Shown piece by piece: positions 11,946 through 21,794 of a DNA stretch of 64,000 nt. Source of the DNA: Azolla caroliniana (Eukaryota; Plantae; Polypodiophyta). Under the pieces are notes generated by a model. That model saw only the letters and a program-made list of their open reading frames with translations, was not told where the DNA came from and did not search any database. The DNA lies in assembly GCA_043228905.1 (NCBI GenBank), contig JBHGNT010000010.1, positions 18,910,001 through 18,974,000 of the forward strand. Reading direction: 5' to 3'. The position numbers and the translations under genes were made by a program. Numbering within the stretch: the first letter of the stretch is position 1; the number at the start of each line of letters is the position of its first letter.

Positions 11946-12600
11946 ATGTTACACCCTTCTGGTTTGGACACCCCGAGAATCGGCTACAACCGATTCGTAC
12001 TCACGACTTATAGAACAGATAGCACAATTGGAAATGGAATTTAAAAATGAGACATGCACAAAGATGACCCAAAGAGTATACGTAATTGATTACTGAATAA
12101 ATAAGACAATGGTAGTACAACCCAAGTATATTTGGTATCGCTCGCTATCTCAATACAGATTTAGGTTTCTAAGCTCGAATTAGATATATCTTTTGTATCC
12201 CCCTTGTGTCTCCTTTCTTTTTTCGCCACTTCACGCTTTATATAGCTCTCTCCTTCATCGGCATCTTCCAACTATTCTCTCTTGATCCTCGTGCTATGTT
12301 TACGATTGCTTGTATTTCGGTTACTTTCCCCTCATCTGCTAGTGCTCGACAACTTTTCTCTTGACCTACTCATCTCCTTTCACACTTTACTTTTACGATC
12401 CTTTTCACACCTTTGTCTTATTGTCCCACGGATAACAACTATAACGTTTAACTTAACAATCATACACTTTTGATTGTTTTAGTTAGGATGTTTTCTCTTT
12501 GCTACATCCTTATGAACATGATATTCTTTCTTATTATTCTAATTCTAAAGACTTTTGGTCTCTTTCTCCCTATTACACATTCGCATGAACAATGTCAAGT
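11946..12600 (-). mobile_element. Possible decayed LTR with adjacent PBS-like sequence
   Basis: Minus strand reads ...GGTGTAACA-TTT-TGGCCCCTACTCGG at ~11952-11930, with a TATA-like motif near 12240. The right boundary is uncertain and no second LTR is seen. Confidence 0.3.
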
Positions 12601-14412
12601 GGTTAAAGCTAATTTGTGTAGGACCTAATGCGACATTGTGAATGGATTATTTGCAACGAACTCCACTAAGTTGCCTTAGACAAACATGAAGAACATGTAT
12701 GTGTTTCGAGATGAATATAAACCACATACTTATTGAGTGGAGCAAATCCCAAATGGTGGTGCATTATTCAAGTACCCCTTAGTCATAAATGTGATGCCCA
12801 TGCAATTTTGGGATCACAAATAAAATCTGAGTTTGATGATAGGCATGATGAAATGAGACAAGGTGACGAAGAAGAGAATATGATTTCTTCGTGTTACTGC
12901 AAGTGATATTTTCTATTTACGTGAAAAAAATTCCAATACTTTTTATTTACATGATTTTTTTTGTTATTTTGATATAGATCCTAGGATTCACAACACTTTT
13001 GATTCTTGGCAATGTCGACAATTCTAAAACTATTCAACAAAATTTAAAATGTCAGAGTTTGCTCTCTCTTTCTATCCATTCAATCACTCTCACCAAGTTT
13101 AATCACCAATTAATCTCATATACACCCATATCGTGTAGGTAGCTTTAGCCAGCTAAGAAATAAAGCATTTGATTGTTGTTAGCATGTCTTTGTGATTTTA
13201 TTGTATTTTTCTTCCTTATTTGCCATTTCATTCAAGCAACCAAGTGTGCATTGATGATTTAAAACTCATTGTTAAAGTTAAGTGTTTGTAAAATCAAGAA
13301 AAATTTGTTAGTAAGAAAGACAATATAGTGATTCCTAACAAGAGAGGTATTTGCACCCTCATGGCTTCTACATTAACACAAAAAAGGAATTGTCGAGTTT
13401 GATTTCAATTGTGTGACAAGCTTAGCATAATGTTAACTATGCAATATGTTATCGTGATGCCACATCGACAAACCATGGTCTTTAGAAATGTATGAACCAA
13501 GTTCCATACGCCTACATGGTATGATTATATTCGGTGGCCATGTTTTACTTTGCCTATCCTTGGTGGCTCTTATTGCACAAATGATACCTAATATGATGCA
13601 TAACAACGATCGAGAAGGATGGCCATTGCTAAAGCCACCAGGGTTGTTATGTTGCAACATCAAGAATTGTAAAGTAGGAAAAACATGTCACCCTTTAATT
13701 TGGTTTCACCTATGAAGCCAAAGGTTTACCTTGCCCTCCCCATAAAAAAAGGTTGTGTTTAAGTACCTTAGGTATTCAATCAAGCCCATTGGAAAGAACA
13801 CGAAAAATGGGAAATAGGTTATTGCACGATGGTCTCAATAGAGCATTACAATATGTATGCAGGGTGAAAGTTAATTGATTAAGTTGTTTTTTTCCTTTTG
13901 AGCTTTTGCAGGTCACTTGTTATGAGTAGGAGTTGTTGTAACACCAGCTAGCCTTAGGACACGTTAGAAAGGATTTACTTTGCCATATGATTTTTATTAT
14001 TGTGGTGGTGACAACAAGGGTTTTATTTTGTTTTTGGTATCGTCACGTTGTCTTTTAATGTATACGGACTAATTAAAGGCAGAGAGACCTCATACAGGAG
14101 GGGCAGAGAAAACAAGGCACTTCCCGAAGAGAGAGAGGAAGCAAGTGATTGGGCGCATCAGGAGATTTGTTGTTGGTATGGCCCTAGGTGAGAGTACGGT
14201 TTGAGTAGTAGTAGTAGTGGCACGATAGTTGGGGCTTTGGGCGGGACACTAGCTTGCTTGTCTCATGACGAGTCGCATTTGTCTTTATGTCCGCCATGTG
14301 GACACTAGCTTGTCTTGTGGCCCCCACTATTGAACTTGAAAGGGTACCCCTGTTTTTTGGCATTCTATTGGAAGAAGAAAGCTCACAGGGGAGGGAATGA
14401 ATGAATGAATGA

Positions 14413-17400
14413 ATGAATGAAGAGGGTCTTCATATGACAAGGTGGGAGGAACGGTTGAGTGTTGTGGAGCTTCTCAAGTGGTGTAGCAGGAGGAAGGATG
14501 TGGTGAGTGGCAGAGTGGTTCACTCAGAGGTAGTGGAGCGATCCGGAGCAGGCGGAATGATGATGAGGTTCGATGGCGATGGCTATGGTGGGGGTGAGTG
14601 TGGCGGCGGAGATGGTGTCGTGGGCGGTGCTCTCATCGGCATGTATGCAAGATGTGGAGCCGTGAGGGAGGCGCGGTGTGTCCTTGATCATCTCCCCTCG
14701 CCCCGCCACCTCGTCTCGTGGTCGGCCCTCATCTCAGCCTATTCTCAACATGGCCATGGCCATCAAGCCTTACAATGCCTTTCAGAGATGCATAGAGAAG
14801 GCCTCTCACCTGATGTTGTCACCTTCATCTCCATCTTGAAGGCGTGTCGCCTAACCGGATCCCTTCACAAGGGCAAACAAATTCATGATGAGATTGCCTC
14901 TAAAGGCTTGCTTGCAAACAACATTGCCCTTGCCAATTCCTTGGTCAGTATGTATACTAAATGTGGCGAGCTTGCGGCAGCCCAGCATGTGTTCGATGAG
15001 CTGCCTGTCCGAAACATAATCTCGTGGTCGGCATTGATTGCCGGATATAGCCAACATGGCCGAGCTCGGGAAGCATTGAATTGTTTCGAACTGATGCAGA
15101 CTGAAGGCCTCTCACCGGATGCTGTTACATTCACTTGCATTTTGAAGGCTTGTGCTAGCTTCAGATGTGTTGAGAGAGGAAAGCAAATTCATGATGATGT
15201 GGTCAATCGGGGATTGCTCCATAAAGATAACGTGCTTGGCAATGCGTTGGTTGATATGTATGCCAAATGTGGTATGCTTGTGAAAGCAGAAGAATTGCTT
15301 AAAGAGCTCCCTGCTCGGAGCGTGGTTTCCTGGAATGCATTAATTTCTGGGTATTCACAGCAGGGTCGGGGTTATGAAGCGCTTGATTGTTTCGAAAGGA
15401 TGCAGAAGGAAGGAATCTCTGCAAATGGGGTCACCTTTTCTTGCACCTTGAAGGCTTGCGGTCACATTAAGGCCATTGACAAAGGCATAACAATCCATGA
15501 CGAGATTGTGAAGATGGGTTTATTGACTGAAGATATTGTTTTGGGCAATGCTTTGGTGGATATGTACGCCAAATGTGGCATGCTTTCAAAAGCACGGCAA
15601 GTGCTCTCCGAGCTTCCACTGCGTAATGTAGTCTCATGGAACACACTCATTGCAGGATATGACCAACATGAACATGGCTCAGAATCATTGAACTCTTTTT
15701 CTCAAATGCAAATCGAAGGTCTCTTGCCAGATGCGGTCACCTATGTTTGCAGCTTAAGAGCCTGTGGTAGCATCACAGAGATGGACAAGGGTAAGCAAAT
15801 TCACACTGAGATTATCCACCGAAGACTACTAGAGAATAACATTATTCTTGGAAATTCCCTAGTATGCATGTATTCTAAATGTGGTCTCCTTGTGAAAGCT
15901 GAGGAACTGCTCAACAACCTTCCTGTCCGAAATGAAGTTTCTTGGAATTCTCTAATTGCAGGATATGCCCAACAAGAGCAATGCCATGAAGCATTGAATT
16001 GTTTTGAAAGAATGCAAAGTGAGGGTCTCTCTCCAGATGCAGTCACTTTCACCTGCATCTTGAAAGCTTGTGGAATTGCTGGAGCTATCGACAAAGGTGA
16101 AAAGATTCACAATGATATTTTAATTAGAGGCTTGCTGGATACTGATGTTCTGGTCGGTAATGCTTTGGTCGATATGTATGCGAAGTGTGGAGTTCTCGTG
16201 AAGGCCCAAGAAGTGCACGATGGGCTTCCTGTTAGAGATATAGTGACTTGGAATGCACTAATTTCAGGGTATACCCAACAAGGTAAAGGTCATGAAGCGC
16301 TGGCTTGTTTTGAGTTGATGGAAAGTGAGGGAATTTCTCCTGACACGACTACCTTCACTTGCATCTTGAAGACTAGCGGTTTCATAGGAGCTATTGATAC
16401 AGGGAAGCGCATCCATGATGAGATTGTCAACAGGGGCCTGCTAGAGAAGAATGTACTTCTTGGAAATGCATTGGTGGATATGTATGCCAAATGTCACGAA
16501 CCAATGAAAGCACAAGAAGTACTCGATGAGCTTAATCTCCACACTGTAGTCTCTTGGTCAGCACTAATTGAAGGTTATACACTTGAAGGGCAGGGGCATG
16601 AAGCACTCAAAAGTTTTGAAAGGATGCAAACTGAGGGCCTCTTTCCAGATGCTGTCATCTTCACTTGTATTTTGAAGGCCTGTGGAATCACAGGAGCTAT
16701 TGCTAAAGGCATGCAAATTCATAGTGAGATTGTGAGCACAGGTTCCCTAGAGAAAGATTCTGAGATTGGTTGTGGTTTGGTTGACATGTATGCCAGATGT
16801 GGTGTCCTCGAAAAAGCCCAAGAAGTGCTTTCCAAGCTTCCTATTCAAAGTGTTCTCTCTTGGAATGCACTGATTGCAGGCTATGGTCAATCAGGGCAAT
16901 GTCAAAAAGCATTGAGGTCTCTTGATAACATGCAAAGTGAGGGATTCTCTCCAGATGGGGTCACTTATGCTAGCATCTTGAAGGCATGTGGTAATGTTGG
17001 AGCAATTGACAACGGAAAACAAATTCATGATGAGATACTGAAGAAGGACTTACTGGAAAGAGATATTGCTCTTTCCAATGCTTTGGTTGAAATGTATGCG
17101 AAGTGTGGCCTTCTTTGTAAAGCCCAGCAGCTTCTATATCAGATTCCAGTTCAAGATCTATCATCTTGGAACACACTAATTGCGGCATATGTCCACAGAG
17201 AACAAGCTCATGAAGCGCTAAACTGTTTTGAACGAATGCAAATTGAGGGTCTCTCTCCAAATGAGGTGACCTATGTCTGTATTTTGAAGGCGTGTGGCAT
17301 TATTGGAGCTATTGACAAGGGCAAAGAGATTCACTCCGAGATAGTCAATAGTGGCATGTTACAAGGAAACATTGTGTTGGGCACCACCTTGGTGGACATG

Positions 17401-18036
17401 TATTCGAAATGCGGCATGCTTGCAAAAGCTGTAGAGGTTCATGGCGAGCTTCGTGCAAAAGATACAGTCTCTTGGAATGCGATGATGGCAGGATATGCGC
17501 AACATGGGCGAGGGTATGAAGCATTGAACTGTTTCCGGCGGATGCAAAGCGAGGGTGTCCCACCAGATGCAACAACCTTGTTGTGTGTGCTCACTGCGTG
17601 TACTCACTCAGGGCTCCTTGATGTGGCCCACACTTACTTCAGGAACATGGCTATGGACTATGGTATTGTCCCCAATCTCGAGATCTACTGTTGCATGGCT
17701 GCTGCTTTGGGATGTGCAGGACACCTTGACAAGGCGATGTCGTTGATTATTGAGAAGATGCCAACCACCACATCGTCTTCTGATCCTCTTACCTGGCTAG
17801 TATTGTTAAATTGTTGTAGGAAATGGGGGAATGTGAGGCTTGGAAGATTGGCTTTCGAACATGCAATACGAATAGGGCCAGACAAGGAGTATGTTTGTCC
17901 CAGAGGAGCTTATAATCATATGGCTAGTATCTATGCAACTGTTGGCATGCACAATGATGCAGGGAATTTTAATAAATCCATGGAAAATGGACAAAGTTCA
18001 ATTCCTATGAAAAATAATATGTGGTCGTATCTATAA
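14413..18036 (+). CDS. Long PLS-class PPR protein, 1207 aa, 10 P-L-S triplets, E domain, no DYW
   Basis: Ten MY.[KR]C[GH] S motifs at 102-aa spacing, then LLCVLTACTHSGLLD, IYCCMAAALGCAG and E motif WLVLLNCCRKWGNVRLGRLAFEHAIRI...AYNHMASIYATVG, then stop. Confidence 0.95.
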   Translation: MNEEGLHMTRWEERLSVVELLKWCSRRKDVVSGRVVHSEVVERSGAGGMMMRFDGDGYGGGECGGGDGVVGGALIGMYARCGAVREARCVLDHLPSPRHLVSWSALISAYSQHGHGHQALQCLSEMHREGLSPDVVTFISILKACRLTGSLHKGKQIHDEIASKGLLANNIALANSLVSMYTKCGELAAAQHVFDELPVRNIISWSALIAGYSQHGRAREALNCFELMQTEGLSPDAVTFTCILKACASFRCVERGKQIHDDVVNRGLLHKDNVLGNALVDMYAKCGMLVKAEELLKELPARSVVSWNALISGYSQQGRGYEALDCFERMQKEGISANGVTFSCTLKACGHIKAIDKGITIHDEIVKMGLLTEDIVLGNALVDMYAKCGMLSKARQVLSELPLRNVVSWNTLIAGYDQHEHGSESLNSFSQMQIEGLLPDAVTYVCSLRACGSITEMDKGKQIHTEIIHRRLLENNIILGNSLVCMYSKCGLLVKAEELLNNLPVRNEVSWNSLIAGYAQQEQCHEALNCFERMQSEGLSPDAVTFTCILKACGIAGAIDKGEKIHNDILIRGLLDTDVLVGNALVDMYAKCGVLVKAQEVHDGLPVRDIVTWNALISGYTQQGKGHEALACFELMESEGISPDTTTFTCILKTSGFIGAIDTGKRIHDEIVNRGLLEKNVLLGNALVDMYAKCHEPMKAQEVLDELNLHTVVSWSALIEGYTLEGQGHEALKSFERMQTEGLFPDAVIFTCILKACGITGAIAKGMQIHSEIVSTGSLEKDSEIGCGLVDMYARCGVLEKAQEVLSKLPIQSVLSWNALIAGYGQSGQCQKALRSLDNMQSEGFSPDGVTYASILKACGNVGAIDNGKQIHDEILKKDLLERDIALSNALVEMYAKCGLLCKAQQLLYQIPVQDLSSWNTLIAAYVHREQAHEALNCFERMQIEGLSPNEVTYVCILKACGIIGAIDKGKEIHSEIVNSGMLQGNIVLGTTLVDMYSKCGMLAKAVEVHGELRAKDTVSWNAMMAGYAQHGRGYEALNCFRRMQSEGVPPDATTLLCVLTACTHSGLLDVAHTYFRNMAMDYGIVPNLEIYCCMAAALGCAGHLDKAMSLIIEKMPTTTSSSDPLTWLVLLNCCRKWGNVRLGRLAFEHAIRIGPDKEYVCPRGAYNHMASIYATVGMHNDAGNFNKSMENGQSSIPMKNNMWSYL

Positions 18037-19064
18037 AGTTTTTGTTTGATGTGTATTATAGTGGGGTTGACATTGTTGGAGATACAATCCCTCTCTGCCC
18101 CAAAACTTTGAGAATTAGAATATTGCTTGTTCCTAATTCTCTCTCTAAATTGCATATGGCAAGGTAAATCCTCAAGGGTACTGTAAGAGTAGTCCACAAA
18201 GCTTAGTTGGGAGAACCACCAAGCCAAGTTTTCTTTCAACAATAATACCATGAAAACCATGAAAACCATCAAACCCATTTCTCGTATACTCAAATTGGAC
18301 CATAGACCTCAATACCTAGGGTAGTCAAACACTACAAATACCATAAGTGAATGGGGAGGATAAAGCTCTGCCTCTCTCAAGGAAAACCTATCGAACGGGC
18401 AATAAGCTTGTCCCAACCATGATGCCCCAAAATAGAGGAATAACAACTCAAATAGCTTTAGCAAACTGAGCATGTAATGCAAGGTGATGACAAGTGGGCG
18501 ACTAAAACGTACACTTGAGAATGAAACCTAGAGGGGACTCCAAACGAAACATACAATACTGCTCATTTGTTTTTGGCATCAGATACTTCTGTATATAACT
18601 GAATATATATGTATGCTATTCCTTCACCCGCTCCTTTAGACTGATCATTTATGAAGGTGAAAAAGAAAGTGCCTATAAAAAAAGTGGTCCGGATCGATCA
18701 ATTGACTAGGACTCGATGGTGATCGACATGACCCATGTGCAAAGAGGAAGAGGGATATTCTGCATTTATGTTGAACTGGGTCCCAAGGGACCACCATGTC
18801 ATTATTTGTTGAGGGACCAAATGGCTCCATTTGTGCAGTGTATATATATCATTATATGTATGTTATGTAGTAGGCAAGTATAAATAAACAAATAAAGCTC
18901 CCCTCCTCTCTTTAAAAATAATAAACAAGATTTGAATTGAAAGCCTTATTGAAAAAGAAAGGAGGTCTCTTTTGACACCCTAATTAGAGCTTAATCTCAT
19001 CATTATTAGTACGTATTTCCATTCCAGTGAGAGCTTAATCTCAGCATTATTCCTTAATTCAAAG

Positions 19065-19102
<38 letters not shown>

Positions 19103-19222
19103 AAAAAGAAAACCTTTTCTAATTTCTGGTTTTGGTAAAATTTTCTGCTGTATTTATTTTTCTTCCCCCCCTCCCCCCCAAAAAAGGTGAGAGTTTGGGG
19201 CGCATTAACTCGTCTTTCATCA

Positions 19223-19261
<39 letters not shown>

Positions 19262-19404
19262 CTCTCTCTCTCTCTCTTTTTTGCCTCACATGTTTTTCTT
19301 TTTATTTATTTAGGGCTCACAGACTCCGAGAGAAAGAAAAATAGCAGAGAGAAAAAACAGAGACACAGAGAAAGAGAAAGAGAAAGAGAAAGAGAGAGAT
19401 ACAG

Positions 19405-19799
19405 AATTTCTCTTCTACTGAAACAGAGCATTTTTTTTTTTGTATTGATATAAAAAAACAGAGTACTCTCTGTTTTCCCCCATTGTGTTTCCTGCTCCAG
19501 GATTTCTCTCTCCTGCTGAAACAGAGCATTTTTTTTTTTATTGATATAAAAAAACAGAGTACTCTCTGTTTTCCCCCATTGTGTTTCCTGCTCCAGGATT
19601 TCTCTCTCCTGCTGAAACAGAGCATTTTTTTTTTTATTGATATAAAAAAACAGAGTACTCTGTTTTCCCCCCTTTGTGTTTCCTGCTCCAGGATTTCTCT
19701 CTCCTGCTGAAACAGAGAGACCATTTCTATTTATATAAAACAGAGTACTCTGTTTCCCCCCATTGTGTTTTCCTGCTCCAGGATTTCTCTCTCCTGCTG

Positions 19800-19805
<6 letters not shown>
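19405..19805. repeat. ~96-bp minisatellite (about 4 units) flanked by (AG)n tracts, upstream of the ATL gene
   Basis: atttctctctcctgctgaaacagag recurs at ~19406, 19502, 19598, 19693 and 19783 with near-identical intervening sequence. Confidence 0.92.

Positions 19806-19875
<70 letters not shown>
19804..19875. repeat. (AG)n microsatellite
   Basis: Directly visible. Confidence 0.97.
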
Positions 19876-19876
<1 letters not shown>

Positions 19877-20060
19877 ATTTCTATTTCTACAAAACAGACA
19901 GACAGACAGAGAGAACTCTGCCTTTCCCCATTTTGTGTCCTCCTTTCTTTCTGGTTTGGCCTCAACCCATCTCTGCCAATGCCGCCATTCTTCGAAAGGT
20001 TTTCTTCTTCTTCATCTTTCTCCATTGCATTGTCATCATGATGATGCCATCGCCACCAGC

Positions 20061-21794
20061 ATGACATCTCCACCTCCACCTCCACCTCCAGCAGTAGCAG
20101 TAGCAGTAACAGCAGCAGGAGAAGTGGGTTGCCCCTCTGCCCAACTGCAGTTGTACCAGAGCATCGTGTTCGCGACGCCCCTGCTCTTCGCCGCTCTCCT
20201 CATTGTCCTCTTTTGCATGCTCTGCCTCAGGCGGCAACGGCAACGGCAGCAGCAGCAGCAGCAACAACACCAAGGAGAAGACAGAGGAGGAGAAGAACTG
20301 AGCAATCTTCACAATGCCCCTCATCACTCCATCCCTGCCCGCCTCTCTGTCGCTCATCTGGTATGCCTGTATTCCTATATTCCTGTATGCCTGTATGTAT
20401 GTATGTATGTATGCATGCATGCATGCTATATAAGTCTGTGTATGTATGATATTCATATATTTACTATGTATGTATACATTTATGAGATCTTGTGGTATTT
20501 ACATGTTGTGAATATGTATGCATGCATGGATGTATGTATGTATTCATGGATGTATGCATGCTATATAAGTCTGTATATGTATGATGTTCATATAGTTACT
20601 ATGTATGTTATACATTTATGAGATGGTGTGTTATGTACATGTTGTGAATATGTATGTATGTATGCATGTATGGATGTATGCATGCTATATAAGTCTGTGT
20701 ATGTATGATATTCATATATTTACTATGTATATTATACATTTATGAGATGGTGTGTTATGTACATGTTGTGAATATGCATGTATGTGATTATGCATGCGTG
20801 CATGGATGTATGCATGCTATATAAGTCTGTGTATGTATGATATTCATATATTTATTATGTATGTATACATTTATGAGATGGTGTGGTATGTACATGTTGT
20901 GAATATATAGATATAATGAAAGAGACAGAAATGGAGGTTTGTATGATGCATCCGTGCATATGCAAAGTTGAGAGAGACAGAGAGGGGGGGGGTGTATGTA
21001 CATATTGTGAATATATCGATATAATGACAGAGACAGAGATGGAAGGTCTGTAGGATACATAAATACATGCAAGTGGAGAGAGAGAGAGAGAGCCAGAATC
21101 GTGTTATATGTCTTCTTTTCCTTTGTTTCTGTTTATTATGGCTTTGCTACCATTACATAGTGCTTTCTGTTCTTTGAACATTGTAGTACTTCTTCTTTAT
21201 CTTTCTAATGTTAAAACTAAAATGCTCACATTCATTTTGAATTTTTTTTCTCAGCCTCTTTATGAACGAGGTCTCCGCAAATCGTTCCGACAGAAACTGC
21301 CCATCATACCTTTCGATGAGAAGTTTGCAACATCATGCAAAGACAATCAGTAAGAGGCTTTTTTTCCCCTATTTTTCTTCTCTTGTGATTGACAATTCCA
21401 ATTCATCTCTTGTGAAGCTAAACCCTAATACTGTTTTTGTGCTCTCAGATGCCCTGTGTGTCTCGATGAATATCAGCTCCACGAAAAGCTACAACTCCTC
21501 CCAGTGTGTAAGCACTCGTTTCATGTAGAATGCATTGATGAGTGGCTGGCTAAGAACACCACATGCCCAATATGTCGAACTTCTCTCCTTCAAGAGGATA
21601 TAAGCAATGATGTTGGAATTCCTTCAGAACCATTAGAGAACAGGAGATGGGAAGATAGGGTTTTGAATGAGGGACAGGAAGGTATAAGGCACGATGTAAC
21701 CAATGGAGCAAGTACTAGTAGTACAACCATTTTGACATCTGCTATAGCCGCTCGCCTTAGCACTGAACATGTCATCAATATTGAGAGGAGCTAA
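20061..21794 (+). CDS. ATL: ATL-family RING-H2 E3 ubiquitin ligase, ~246 aa, 3 exons
   Basis: Exons 20061-20360, 21255-21349 and 21449-21794 (GT-AG, phases consistent). The protein has a TM helix [22 protein letters not shown], a basic/poly-Q segment, a GLD-like motif [13 protein letters not shown] and RING-H2 CPVCLDEY...[17 protein letters not shown]...TCPICR. Confidence 0.92.
20380..20905. repeat. ~130-bp higher-order repeat (4 units) of TATG/CATG microsatellite-derived sequence in ATL intron 1
   Basis: gcatgctatataagtctgt(g/a)tatgtatgat...catttatgagat recurs at ~20421, 20556, 20680 and 20812. Confidence 0.85.

Noticed and set aside
13430-13720. Short ORFs with a hydrophobic stretch and Cys residues
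   Set aside because: No family recognised; probably decayed transposon sequence.
2359-17994. Many short antisense or alternate-frame ORFs overlapping the PPR genes
   Set aside because: Shadows of the repetitive PPR coding sequence.
18060-18500. Possible LINE RT relic resembling 60450-60580
   Set aside because: Similarity is too faint to assign by eye.
19306-20085. Long ORFs through the minisatellite, and the array itself as CRISPR-like
   Set aside because: The ORFs are repeat translations. The units are contiguous with no unique spacers, the context is eukaryotic and there are no cas genes.
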